60,101 nt of DNA, taken from positions 1-60,101 of IMG/VR virus record IMGVR_UViG_3300020430_000017. One strand, 5' to 3'. This DNA is from a virus. Taxonomy: Duplodnaviria > Caudoviricetes. The notes beneath the pieces were generated by a model that was given only the letters and a program-made list of their open reading frames with translations, made no database searches and was not told the DNA's origin. Positions 26,144 to 35,533 of the stretch are shown piece by piece. The translations under genes and the position numbers were made by a program. Position 1 is the first letter of the stretch; every line of letters begins with the position of its first letter.

Positions 26144-27631
26144 TTATTCAGGATCGGATGAAATATCTTCTTCGAGTGATTTCTTGACCACTTCGGCATC
26201 CTGCACAGCTTCCTGACCGTGGGTAATGGCTGCGCTGCGCTGGCGTGATGAGAAGTATTCACCGATATTTGTGGTTAGATTCTGAACACCGTCGAGCAGG
26301 TTGGTAACGCGACCCTGTAGAGTCTTCGCATAAATCTCTGCGATAGCATTGAATCGTTGCTCAGTAAAGTCAAGGTTACCGTGACCCTGCAAGTTGATGC
26401 TGTCTCCCAGCTTCTTAATCATGCCGAACGACACCTCCCATTGTGAGGGATCTTCACCGCGACCCTCAGTCATAAGGATCTTCTCGCGCTGGTAAAAGGT
26501 TAATGATTCATCAAGTGGCTCTTGCTCTTCTGGCTCTGGCTTAGCTTGCTTGTGCAACATGCCTCGCTTGGTATAGCCGGGAGCCTGCGTGATAATGGCA
26601 GCAAGCTGCTCCATATCTCCCGATTGGATTGCAGCATTGAGAGCGTCAACAGACACGTCACCCAGCAGGGCTCGGGTTTTCTTTGAACCACCAGCCAAGA
26701 ACGTAGTCAGGTTTTCTCTGGTAATGTCGAACTCCCAAATCTCTAGTGCTCCGACGCCGCCGCTCTCTTCTTTGGTCTTGTATGCAACAAGATACTTGAT
26801 AGCAGGCTCGCCGCGAACGAACAAAAAGTCCACAAGGTTAGTAAAACTTCCCTTGACGCCCGTGCTCTTGCCCAGCAGCTTGAGGCTGACTGGAACATTC
26901 TGCCCGCCGAACTGACTGAAAGCCACGAAGTCTTCGATGGGCAGTGTGCCCTTGACGCGACCGGCTTCTTGATGACCTCCAGTTAGTGCCGCCATGAATG
27001 CCTCAAACACGAAACCAGCAGACGACTCATTAAAGTGGTTCATCGCTGCCTTAAGGCTTTCGATAATGATCATGGTGTTGATAATAACGCGAGGGCTTGT
27101 CTTGCGCTTTGCCTTCGCAGGGTCCAAGAAGTCATTAAGATATTGGATACGCGCAGCAATAGATGCACCACCGCGAACAACCTTAAAGATATTATTTACT
27201 TGCTCACGATCCATATGCTTTGGATCACCCCACGCCTCGGTGGGTGTATACTTGGGAAGCGATAACACGAACTTCTGACCGGCACTCTGCTCTTCGTTCA
27301 TCTGCTCCATGCCACGTACGTCTTGCATCGCTTGCTGACTAAGCATAGCCTCAAGATCATCCTTGTTCATGCCGCTGTCAGCCAGCAGCTTGATTGCCTC
27401 AACCATGTCGGAGTCAACACCAACCATCAAAAGCTTGCGGTATAGTTCCTTCCATTGGTCAGGCGGTAGTCTACCCTCTTTAATCGCCTTCTTCGTAGGT
27501 TGAAAATCTTCGATAACTTCTTCGATGATCTCGGTGAGCATTTCAAAGCTCAGTACGTCGTTGGTTGGCGATAAAGAATCGGCAGATTTGAAATAGCTCT
27601 CAATGAGCGCGTCTAATTCTTTGTTTCCCAT
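26144..27631 (-). CDS. putative virion protein with PD-(D/E)XK-like nuclease motif
   Basis: GFVFEAFMAALTGG...IED...VSLK; ACTAATTA 4 nt before the ATG. Confidence 0.55.
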   Translation of the reverse strand: MGNKELDALIESYFKSADSLSPTNDVLSFEMLTEIIEEVIEDFQPTKKAIKEGRLPPDQWKELYRKLLMVGVDSDMVEAIKLLADSGMNKDDLEAMLSQQAMQDVRGMEQMNEEQSAGQKFVLSLPKYTPTEAWGDPKHMDREQVNNIFKVVRGGASIAARIQYLNDFLDPAKAKRKTSPRVIINTMIIIESLKAAMNHFNESSAGFVFEAFMAALTGGHQEAGRVKGTLPIEDFVAFSQFGGQNVPVSLKLLGKSTGVKGSFTNLVDFLFVRGEPAIKYLVAYKTKEESGGVGALEIWEFDITRENLTTFLAGGSKKTRALLGDVSVDALNAAIQSGDMEQLAAIITQAPGYTKRGMLHKQAKPEPEEQEPLDESLTFYQREKILMTEGRGEDPSQWEVSFGMIKKLGDSINLQGHGNLDFTEQRFNAIAEIYAKTLQGRVTNLLDGVQNLTTNIGEYFSSRQRSAAITHGQEAVQDAEVVKKSLEEDISSDPE

Positions 27632-27638
27632 ATATTAA

Positions 27639-28574
27639 TTAGTCCTCAATTTCCTCTTTTACTTGTTCTAATAGCCCACAAATGTCTAAACCTGCACAAT
27701 CAATCTTTCGGCTGGTTAGATGGTAGTGGCTGATAAATCCTTTGAATGTGCCACGGGCTGCTCTATTGTCCACCCTTGTACTGGTTGCCCCATCACGTTC
27801 GATAGTCTCCAACGGGATACCAACGCCATCGTGAACAGCTTTCCATAATGCTTTCAGTGCCTCAATCTGTACCGGGTAAAAGTCCAAGAACGGATCTAGC
27901 TTATTGCCATGAACCCATGCACTATCTTGAATGGGGCGTTCGCCAAACCCGTTCTTCACATACCAGTCCTGATACTTTGGGTAGTATGCGTTGCTGATTT
28001 CAACGCCAATAGATTTGTGGTTGACCTTGCCGTTGCCAGCATGCCATGCGCCGTGCTGTGTGTCTAGCAGTTGATAGATTGTGCCGTCATTGTCAATACA
28101 AAAGTGTACGGAGATTCCTCGGCGGGCTAGTACCATCGCACAAGATTCAGCCGACAAGCAGACATCCCAGTGGTTCACGAAGATCGTGGGCTTCCTGTCG
28201 GGCTTGCCAGCGTAATCATAATAGCTGCCCTCGTCGCAGTCAAGACCCAAAGCCTCATCCCACAGGACTACCTTGTCCCAGCCAATCTTGATGAACTTGC
28301 CATTGTGAACAATATATTTTTGATCACTGCAATACTTCGACGCCTTCTCATAAGGAGATGGGTGCGGAACATGGTCAGATATTTCAGCTTCGCGCTCAGT
28401 CCAAATTCTTCTGTAGGTGGCAGGACCGACCAAGCCATCGGCAGTGAGCCCCATTCTCTTCTGCCACTTCTTAACTGCACTGACAAGCTCGTCGTCGTTA
28501 TGTGTGCAGCCGAACCATGACGGATCCCAGCCTAGCGAATCTTGAGAGGATTTGTTGTAAAATACCTTGTCCAC
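27639..28574 (-). CDS. N-acetylmuramoyl-L-alanine amidase with peptidoglycan-binding domain (endolysin)
   Basis: WQKRMGLTADGLVGPAT; NHWD, SVHFCID, AWHAG, SIGVE, SHYH...KIDC. Confidence 0.88.
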   Translation of the reverse strand: MDKVFYNKSSQDSLGWDPSWFGCTHNDDELVSAVKKWQKRMGLTADGLVGPATYRRIWTEREAEISDHVPHPSPYEKASKYCSDQKYIVHNGKFIKIGWDKVVLWDEALGLDCDEGSYYDYAGKPDRKPTIFVNHWDVCLSAESCAMVLARRGISVHFCIDNDGTIYQLLDTQHGAWHAGNGKVNHKSIGVEISNAYYPKYQDWYVKNGFGERPIQDSAWVHGNKLDPFLDFYPVQIEALKALWKAVHDGVGIPLETIERDGATSTRVDNRAARGTFKGFISHYHLTSRKIDCAGLDICGLLEQVKEEIED

Positions 28575-28598
28575 GCCATGTCCTCAAGTTTAATAATC

Positions 28599-29255
28599 TC
28601 AGACAATAATGTCTGCGATACCGTATTCGACAGCCTCTGTTGCTGACAGGTATACGTTGACCTTTCTCTCTAAAAGCTTCTTGAGTGTACGCTTTGTCAA
28701 GCTAGTTTCTGCAAGCAAAGCGTTCATGTAAGTCTCTTGAGAGTTTCTGATCTCTTCCATCTCATTCTCAAGATTGTGAAGTGCGCCGTGGTTACCGCCA
28801 ATAACTGAGTGGATCATGACTCGGCAGTTCTTACCAATCTTTCGCTTACCCTTGGTGCCAGCAGCTAACAACAGCACACCAGCAGACATAACCTTACCAA
28901 GACCAAACGTGTGAATCTCACAGTCCTTCTGGATAAGGCGCATAATATCATAGAGTGCGAACATATCATCGGCACTTCCACCGTAGGTTGAGATGATCAT
29001 TTCCATCGGCTCCCACGTTTCCTTACCATCCTTCTCAGTCTTGCCTGAGTGGTGCAGAACCAGTAGACCGCTCAAACATTCGCGGGACTTGCGCTCATCA
29101 ATATCTCCGTAAAGACCAACGACGCGCATCTCTTCTTCTGGCACATCAAGCCCCAGCGCTGCAGCCAACTGCTCTGCGGACAACTCTTCAGCTTCAATCG
29201 CCTTGTCGTCCTTCTCATCTTCTACTTTTGTAGTCTTCTTTGGTGACATTAACAT
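28599..29255 (-). CDS. clpP: ClpP-like protease subunit 1
   Basis: STYGGS, GKVMSAG, VMIH, YLSATEAVEYGIAD. Confidence 0.88.
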   Translation of the reverse strand: MLMSPKKTTKVEDEKDDKAIEAEELSAEQLAAALGLDVPEEEMRVVGLYGDIDERKSRECLSGLLVLHHSGKTEKDGKETWEPMEMIISTYGGSADDMFALYDIMRLIQKDCEIHTFGLGKVMSAGVLLLAAGTKGKRKIGKNCRVMIHSVIGGNHGALHNLENEMEEIRNSQETYMNALLAETSLTKRTLKKLLERKVNVYLSATEAVEYGIADIIV

Positions 29256-29632
29256 TACAACTTTCCTCTGTTATTTTCAAAATGCTTAACGGCGCTGTCC
29301 CAATCAGTGAAAGGTACTTGACGCCTGAACACAACTGGATAAGCAGTCAGGAATGTATCCACCGCTGAGCGCTTCCACTTTTCATATTCGTAATCGTCTA
29401 CGTTCCTCTGCCTAATAGCTGTGGCTGAGTCTCCGAATTCATCTTCGGCAATACGATATTTGATGGCGCGGATAAACTCAATGTCTTGAGCGACTCCGAC
29501 CATTAACTTTAATGTTTGGAGCCCGACCTTTTCTACCATCAAGCCGGTTCTTCCAAGATGCATTATGTTTGCTAGAAACCATCCCAGCATATACCCGATA
29601 AGCCCTGCAAGACCTAACGATGCGTATTCCAT
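29255..29632 (-). CDS. membrane-anchored hypothetical protein
   Basis: N-terminal TM; GGAG RBS. Confidence 0.7.
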   Translation of the reverse strand: MEYASLGLAGLIGYMLGWFLANIMHLGRTGLMVEKVGLQTLKLMVGVAQDIEFIRAIKYRIAEDEFGDSATAIRQRNVDDYEYEKWKRSAVDTFLTAYPVVFRRQVPFTDWDSAVKHFENNRGKL

Positions 29633-29711
29633 TTTGTCTCCATTACAACACTACCCCATAGTTTACACTATAGGGCAGCAGTGTTAAAAAATAATATTGT
29701 ACAACTTGACC

Positions 29712-30194
29712 CTACTTGCGGGCTTTAGCTGCAGCGACAAGGCGAGCGGCAACGCGGCGTGCGACTTCGTTGACCATATCTTCGTCGGAAGTAATGGTAA
29801 CGTTATCGGCAAGCTCTTGCATAAGTGGCTCTTCTTCCTCTTCGGGTGGAAGCTCTTCGTCGCCAGCTACTGGCTCCATCTCTTCTCCCTCGGGGGCTTC
29901 TTCTTCGCCACCTTCCATGCTTACGTCTGCACCTTGCTTCTGGAGTGCTGCAACAATGTCTGAAACAAGCTCTTCGGCATCAACCTCAACGGTGTCTCCC
30001 ATTGGCTCTTCTGGCGGCATCTCTTCTTCTGGTCCCTCGTCACCGGGCATCTCATCCTCGGGTGGTCCCATCTCCATGTCCATCTCATCGTCAAGCTCAG
30101 TCAGGAACTCATCCGTAAACTTAGACTCAATCTCGGCAAGACGCATGAATCTGCGAGTTACTGCCTCGTTTAAAATTAGCTTCTTCTTACTCAT
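29712..30194 (-). CDS. acidic low-complexity protein (scaffold/internal-protein-like)
   Basis: LILNEAVTRRFMRLAEI, E/P/M-rich centre; ACTATTTA upstream. Confidence 0.7.
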   Translation of the reverse strand: MSKKKLILNEAVTRRFMRLAEIESKFTDEFLTELDDEMDMEMGPPEDEMPGDEGPEEEMPPEEPMGDTVEVDAEELVSDIVAALQKQGADVSMEGGEEEAPEGEEMEPVAGDEELPPEEEEEPLMQELADNVTITSDEDMVNEVARRVAARLVAAAKARK

Positions 30195-30264
30195 TGCTTT
30201 ATAATCTCCTAAATAATATTATGAAGGCTTCGATAATAAATAGTCTATACGTCAGCAAACGGCT

Positions 30265-30519
30265 TCAACTGCTGAATAAAAAATCTTTCAAATACGCAGC
30301 GCGAAGCGAGATCTTGTGGAGTGCCCTTTTTTCTAACTGTTGAATCCTCGCTGGCGTGTATCCTAATCGCTTTGCCACTTCCTCTAAAGTCATGGCTCCG
30401 TTCTTCCGAACTGCTATCAGTGTGCAGTTGTTGTCCTCTGTGTAATCTATCCACAATCGACATTCTTCTTCTTTGCAATCTTCGTTTTCTTTAAGGCACC
30501 GTCTTGCACAGCGCCTCAT
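30265..30519 (-). CDS. stand-alone sigma70 region-4 HTH protein with Cys-rich N-terminus
   Basis: MTLEEVAKRLGYTPARIQQLEKRALHKI; five Cys upstream. Confidence 0.75.
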   Translation of the reverse strand: MRRCARRCLKENEDCKEEECRLWIDYTEDNNCTLIAVRKNGAMTLEEVAKRLGYTPARIQQLEKRALHKISLRAAYLKDFLFSS

Positions 30520-30797
30520 CTGACACCCTTTACTTCCTCTGCTACCATCATAGCTTGATGCAGCTTAGAAATGATATCGTACCCGTCTATAATGTTCACA
30601 TGGTCACAACGGAACCACTCTTCGGTAAACTCGGGCGGGACAGGCGATGTCCACTTGACCTTGTACCACCGCCATGGTGGTAGCGGTGCTCCGCATTCAC
30701 GCAACTCTGTGTCTAGAATCACGCCGTAGTATGGTGGGTCTGTTTTTCTATTCCAACATACAATCTTTCCTCTACAATCCTTCATGTTCTTCCTCAA
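30516..30797 (-). CDS. SH3-like hypothetical protein
   Basis: GKIVCW...YGVIL...YKVKW. Confidence 0.6.
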   Translation of the reverse strand: MRKNMKDCRGKIVCWNRKTDPPYYGVILDTELRECGAPLPPWRWYKVKWTSPVPPEFTEEWFRCDHVNIIDGYDIISKLHQAMMVAEEVKGVR

Positions 30798-31098
30798 TCA
30801 TATCAAATATATTCTCAATCTCATTGGAGTTGAGTGCTAGTTTATTAGACAATTCTTTTCCTTCGTTCTTCAACTTCTTTGACTTAGCCAGCTTCGCTTT
30901 ACTCTGGCTGCTCTTCTTCAACTTTAATGTTTCTATAAACTCTTCAAACTCTGCGTCATCATTTAGGTATGCCTCAATGCAACCCCGAAAGAAGTCAGAC
31001 TGCTTGATACCGTCATAATGCAAGCGAATGCGTAGCTTGGCGTGTACTTGGTCATTCTCCCTGAATACTACTCGCTTGTTGTAGAACTCATCGGACAT
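30772..31098 (-). CDS. hypothetical protein, possible ribbon-helix-helix
   Basis: KRVVF...HAKLRIRL...QSDFFRGCIEAYL. Confidence 0.6.
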   Translation of the reverse strand: MSDEFYNKRVVFRENDQVHAKLRIRLHYDGIKQSDFFRGCIEAYLNDDAEFEEFIETLKLKKSSQSKAKLAKSKKLKNEGKELSNKLALNSNEIENIFDMIEEEHEGL

Positions 31099-32123
31099 TA
31101 CTTAATACCCAAGATGTGTGTGCCTGACTCTCTCATGCCCGCTGCGGTCTGCCGTGTGAACACAGCCTTTGTCTGTAGTTCAATCAAAGTCCGTGCGCCC
31201 GTATAGGAGAAGCCACTGCGAATGCCCTTATCTAAGCTGTACAGCACATTCTTTACTGTACCCTTGGATGGGAGAACAGTGGAGATCCCCTCCAGCGATG
31301 ATGCTGAACCTCTCCAGTCCTTTTGCGCCTCTTCTGACGCCATGCCACGGTAGGTTTTGTGGGGCTCGCCATCAATATAAATGATCTCGCCGGGAGTCTC
31401 GGACGTGCCAGAAAGAAGTGAGCCAACCATTACACAGTCTGCGCCTGCAGCAAGAGCCTTTACAATATCACCACTGTTGCGGATACCTCCGTCAGCAATG
31501 ATAGTAACGTCGCGGTCTGTCTTGGCACAGTCAACCACTGTCTGTAAGCCGGGATGACCATGACCGGTCTGGATTCGCGTGGAGCAGATAGAACCGCCTC
31601 CGATGTTACACCGAACAGAGTCGGCACCCCAGTCAGACAGCGCGTTAATGCCATCGAGCGTAGCAACATTGCCCGCCATGATGTGTACGGTGTCACCAAA
31701 TGTATCTCTAAGCTGCTTTAATGCAGACTCCATTAGCACATGATGACCGTGAGCCACGTCCACACACAATACTTTTGTGCCCATCGCAACCAGCGCCTTT
31801 GCTCTGTCGTGATAATCTCCGGTCACGCCGATAGCTGCTGCCTTGATACCCCTGTTGACCTTTCTGATCATCCTCGCTTGTTCATCGGTTGAGCAATAGC
31901 GATGGATAATGCCCATGCCGCCAGCCTTGTTCATAGCGTTCGCCATAGCCGGTCCAGTAACTGTATCCATTGGCGACGAAATGACAGGCAGGTGAAGCCT
32001 TATAGGTCTAGACCATCTGCCACCAAGGTTTGTGCCAACATCAATTTCCTGTCGGCTTCGGATATCTGAGTACTGTGGCACAAGCAACACATCATCATAT
32101 GTTAGGCTCACTAAAGTTCTCAT
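31098..32123 (-). CDS. IMP dehydrogenase / GMP reductase family (no CBS domain)
   Basis: [45 protein letters not shown]. Confidence 0.9.
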   Translation of the reverse strand: MRTLVSLTYDDVLLVPQYSDIRSRQEIDVGTNLGGRWSRPIRLHLPVISSPMDTVTGPAMANAMNKAGGMGIIHRYCSTDEQARMIRKVNRGIKAAAIGVTGDYHDRAKALVAMGTKVLCVDVAHGHHVLMESALKQLRDTFGDTVHIMAGNVATLDGINALSDWGADSVRCNIGGGSICSTRIQTGHGHPGLQTVVDCAKTDRDVTIIADGGIRNSGDIVKALAAGADCVMVGSLLSGTSETPGEIIYIDGEPHKTYRGMASEEAQKDWRGSASSLEGISTVLPSKGTVKNVLYSLDKGIRSGFSYTGARTLIELQTKAVFTRQTAAGMRESGTHILGIK

Positions 32124-32386
32124 TTCATTTCTCCCTTCTCATACTTCTCAACAACGCGCTGTGCAGCATCCCAGCAATCTGGGCAGTACAGCCTGACCGT
32201 CTTCTGCTGTTCCCGCACTACAACATTCCACGTTGCTAGCATTTCCCTATCACGTTTATCAAACTCTTTCTCGCACATCAAACAAGAATCCGGCAGTTTT
32301 GTATAGATGCCCATCTTGTCGGCTAGGTCTGGGTTGCCGCTCTTTCTTTCCATCTTGGCTGCTGCACGGCGTTGCTTGCGATTCAT
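32120..32386 (-). CDS. zinc-ribbon hypothetical protein
   Basis: MNRKQRR...CLMC...CPDC. Confidence 0.7.
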   Translation of the reverse strand: MNRKQRRAAAKMERKSGNPDLADKMGIYTKLPDSCLMCEKEFDKRDREMLATWNVVVREQQKTVRLYCPDCWDAAQRVVEKYEKGEMK

Positions 32387-32874
32387 CGAGTGAGCGCCCC
32401 CATGACTGGTGGTGCGCCTTGAGCCCATGACGGGTGTTTGCGGAACACAACAACTGCTGACGGGAATGGTGCGGAGTTGTCGCTATCACCAAACTTAAGA
32501 CGACCCTTGATAAAATATACGAACTCTGCCTTCATCACATAGTCGTGCCAATACTTTGTATCTGTCCTCGCCGGGATCAGCATGACAACCTTAGTATTGT
32601 TATCTGCCTCGGCTGACTCGTACCCCTTACGGATCCACTGGTCAATACCACGACCGTACGGAGGATTAACAAATACGGTGTGTCCCGTCCAGTCCTTAGA
32701 CAGACCATCCTCTGCTTCTGTGTAGAAGTTGGCGCACTTTGTGTTGTGCGGTGATGCGCATGGGTCCAAGTCAAAGGGACCGAAGCGCCAGTTTAGCTTG
32801 TCAAAGAAATCCTGTGGCGTTGCCCAGTCACCAGTTGCGCTGGAGAACATTACTTTTTGTGTTGCTTTATCCAT
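32383..32874 (-). CDS. phage N6-adenine DNA methyltransferase
   Basis: WATPQ, FDLDPCA, VFVNPPYG, LIPARTDT, GRLKF. Confidence 0.9.
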   Translation of the reverse strand: MDKATQKVMFSSATGDWATPQDFFDKLNWRFGPFDLDPCASPHNTKCANFYTEAEDGLSKDWTGHTVFVNPPYGRGIDQWIRKGYESAEADNNTKVVMLIPARTDTKYWHDYVMKAEFVYFIKGRLKFGDSDNSAPFPSAVVVFRKHPSWAQGAPPVMGALTR

Positions 32875-34060
32875 TGCGTGCCTCCACTTGTACAAATGCT
32901 TGCTCTGCCACATCCCACTCCCACGCTTCTGTCTCAGTCAAATCAACGATCTGATGAACCCAGATGACTCGCTGAACTAGTGGGTACTTTGCATTTCTGT
33001 GGCGTTGGTTAAGGTTGAACTCGGTTAGTGCCTTCATTACGCTACTTCGCTCATCGGTAACTGACTTGAGAGAAGTCAAGGGTGATCCGTACGTTGCTCC
33101 CGCTCGTAAAATAAGGTAGTGAGGATGGTTGTCGTTTGTATCCACTGGCTGTTTCGACCACCATTCGCGCATACGACGGAGCACCGACTGCTTGCCGCTG
33201 GGCATAAAAATCATTCGGGCGTGTTGATTTTCGGTGTTCCAAGTGCCGTTAAAATATTTATTGTACAAAGCAGGAGCACCACTCCAATCTTGTTCGTGAA
33301 CGATGACCTGACCGATATGCGATGCAAAGCAGGCATTAGCGAGAGCACCCAGCTTCTTAGCCATCTTCGGCAAACCATACTTACTATCGCGAACAATAAT
33401 CTCCTGCTTTGCCCACTCAAGCTTCTGCTCTTCTGTGTAGGCGAGGTATGTCGGGTCTTCTTCGGAGATAAGTTCCCACTCCGTAAGGACTTGGTGAACT
33501 AAGTCTCCGCTCTCTTCTGGTCGCGTCCAGTGACTTTGCCGGTTACCAATCTCTGCCAACGTCTTAATGCGGCGCTTAAATTGAATCTCTGAATAGTCGC
33601 TCAAATCAATCACAACCAAGTTGCACAATGATTTATTTCCCGCTGCAATGCCCATTTCATGAGCGCGTACGCGCTTGTTACCGCAAAATACCCAAAGCAT
33701 ATCATTCCACAATGCGGCATGGATAATGCGGTCCTGTGGTACATCGAGAGTGTAGAACTCCTTAAAGTACTGTCGAGCGCTAGTTCCGTCGATAGAGTTT
33801 GTGCCGAGAATTCTAGTCTGAGCGTATCTGTACAGCGGGTGGGTCGCAGGGGCAAGGTTGGAAAGGTCGTGCGCTTCCAAGATTTCTAGATCATCATCGT
33901 GATCAATGTAGTTCTGCCAAAGCTCTCCTTGTCGAATATCAGAGTCGGAAGTCGGAGCAAAATGCTGTAACCTTCTGATTCGACTCTCTGCATCGGTATA
34001 ATACTTTGAGTTCTTAGCTTCTCTGATTCGTCGCCATGTTGACTTCTTGTTTTTACTCAT
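32867..34060 (-). CDS. hypothetical protein, possible ParB/Srx-like N-terminal domain
   Basis: WVFCGNKRVRA resembles the ParB G-x-(H)R motif; weak. Confidence 0.55.
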   Translation of the reverse strand: MSKNKKSTWRRIREAKNSKYYTDAESRIRRLQHFAPTSDSDIRQGELWQNYIDHDDDLEILEAHDLSNLAPATHPLYRYAQTRILGTNSIDGTSARQYFKEFYTLDVPQDRIIHAALWNDMLWVFCGNKRVRAHEMGIAAGNKSLCNLVVIDLSDYSEIQFKRRIKTLAEIGNRQSHWTRPEESGDLVHQVLTEWELISEEDPTYLAYTEEQKLEWAKQEIIVRDSKYGLPKMAKKLGALANACFASHIGQVIVHEQDWSGAPALYNKYFNGTWNTENQHARMIFMPSGKQSVLRRMREWWSKQPVDTNDNHPHYLILRAGATYGSPLTSLKSVTDERSSVMKALTEFNLNQRHRNAKYPLVQRVIWVHQIVDLTETEAWEWDVAEQAFVQVEARNG

Positions 34061-34481
34061 CTGTGCTCCCTGCGGGTTGGTTGTGGTTAGTGGGGAAATC
34101 ATCAGGAGGATTTTTCTTCACACTAAAAGACTTTGTTGGAATTTTAGAATAATTCTCAAGTTTATAAAAATAACAGGAGTCTTCTGCTTTGTTGTATCCA
34201 ACTAGCCAGTCAATCCCATGCTCTGCATAGTCAAGAGAATTTCTAGGTTTTCCATTTTGACTAACCACCTCACTTGAGCGATCAACTACCTTGGTAATAC
34301 TGTTACCCTTCATTGTCTTAACCTGAATCGTCTGAAACGATCCATTGATATCAGCTACTAAATCGTACGTCGCATCGCGACTGATTGGCTCTAGTACATG
34401 CCAGCCTCGCCTTACTATCTCCATGGATACTGCCATTTCGCTGAGATCTCCGCTCTGATTTGATAAATGTCGATAGGTCAT
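34053..34481 (-). CDS. PD-(D/E)XK endonuclease (homing-endonuclease-like)
   Basis: GDLSE...GWHVLEP...YDLV...IQVKT; visibly AT-richer than its flanks. Confidence 0.75.
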   Translation of the reverse strand: MTYRHLSNQSGDLSEMAVSMEIVRRGWHVLEPISRDATYDLVADINGSFQTIQVKTMKGNSITKVVDRSSEVVSQNGKPRNSLDYAEHGIDWLVGYNKAEDSCYFYKLENYSKIPTKSFSVKKNPPDDFPTNHNQPAGSTDE

Positions 34482-34943
34482 CTACTCACCTGTGCTCCCC
34501 AAGGCTCCATCGCCCCTGTCGCTAATTGTGATTGGATACCAGCCATATAGATCGTCGTCACCGTTGCGCTCCATAGCACGGAAGTGAACGACAGGGACCA
34601 TAACTACTTGTGCAATCTTTGAGTGCGACTCGATAGTTTGTGGCTCAGTCCCAACGTTGTGAAGGTTAATAAACACCTCGCCATCATAACCAGAGTCAAT
34701 GACGCATGCGCCGACCAGCAGACCACGCTTTGCAGCCATGCCTGAGCGATTCTTGACCTCCAGCATATATCCGTGTGGAATACCGAACCGCAATCCAGTT
34801 GGCAAGATAGCGCGACTACCGGGCTCAATTACCACCGGCTGATGATCAGGGGGGCTGAAATGGATATCCAGCCCCGCATCAGACGGGTTAGCTCGGGAGG
34901 GAGGGTGAACGTTAAGGTGCGTACGGCACCACTCGATCATCAT
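34482..34943 (-). CDS. dut: dUTPase
   Basis: AGLD, RSG, IDSGYDGE, KIAQ, RGDGALGSTG. Confidence 0.95.
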   Translation of the reverse strand: MMIEWCRTHLNVHPPSRANPSDAGLDIHFSPPDHQPVVIEPGSRAILPTGLRFGIPHGYMLEVKNRSGMAAKRGLLVGACVIDSGYDGEVFINLHNVGTEPQTIESHSKIAQVVMVPVVHFRAMERNGDDDLYGWYPITISDRGDGALGSTGE

Positions 34944-35230
34944 TACTCATCTCCATCAGGGTTAGCAGCAGTCGAAAGGACGCTGTAGGTATCATAAAGA
35001 GCGTCAAGATCAACTTCACCCTTCATGAGTCGGTATGCCTTAACAGCAACGCTCATTTCCTCACGGGTAAGCCAGCCTTGGCGTCGGTAATCATTCCGAA
35101 GCTCGCGGCGCTGATCCTTGTAGGGCTCCATAGCGTCTTCAATAGTTTTAAGAGAGCGGATATACTCTACGATATATCGCTGACGACGTGCTTCTGCCCC
35201 AGAAAGTGTGGGCTTCTTCTCTTCACTCAT
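34943..35230 (-). CDS. DsbA/GapR-like dsDNA-binding protein
   Basis: Helical IEDAMEPYKDQRRELR...G...AVKAYRL pattern. Confidence 0.5.
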   Translation of the reverse strand: MSEEKKPTLSGAEARRQRYIVEYIRSLKTIEDAMEPYKDQRRELRNDYRRQGWLTREEMSVAVKAYRLMKGEVDLDALYDTYSVLSTAANPDGDE

Positions 35231-35263
35231 TGTATCTCCTTAGTGAGAGTGGTTAGTGTGTAT

Positions 35264-35292
35264 ATAATACCAGCTTACTTGTTGGCTGTCAA
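35264..35292 (-). promoter_or_regulatory. sigma70-type promoter
   Basis: TTGACA-N17-TATTAT. Confidence 0.75.
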
Positions 35293-35526
35293 CTACTTTT
35301 TTTCTTTTTCATGCTTTCGCCACCAATGGTCACGAAGCTCTATGATGTTATCACGCAGGAAGCCATCATCCGGGTTCTGTGCATATGCCTGTTCGTATTC
35401 GCGCATCATTTCTTCAATCATGCGCTCGCTACGCCTGATACGGATCCGTGCCATCACCAACCCGACCAAGAGAAAGACGAAGAACAGAACAAAGAACGAA
35501 CCGAATACTACAGCAAAACCTTCCAT
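35293..35526 (-). CDS. single-pass membrane protein
   Basis: MEGFAVVFGSFFVLFFVFLLVGL; ACTAGTTA 4 nt before the ATG. Confidence 0.65.
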   Translation of the reverse strand: MEGFAVVFGSFFVLFFVFLLVGLVMARIRIRRSERMIEEMMREYEQAYAQNPDDGFLRDNIIELRDHWWRKHEKEKK

Positions 35527-35533
35527 GTTATAA

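Noticed and set aside
26100-26150. CIRCE operator or ECF promoter before groEL
   Set aside because: No TTAGCACTC-N9-GAGTGCTAA. The TGAATAAA here is the upstream stop codon without a matching -10.
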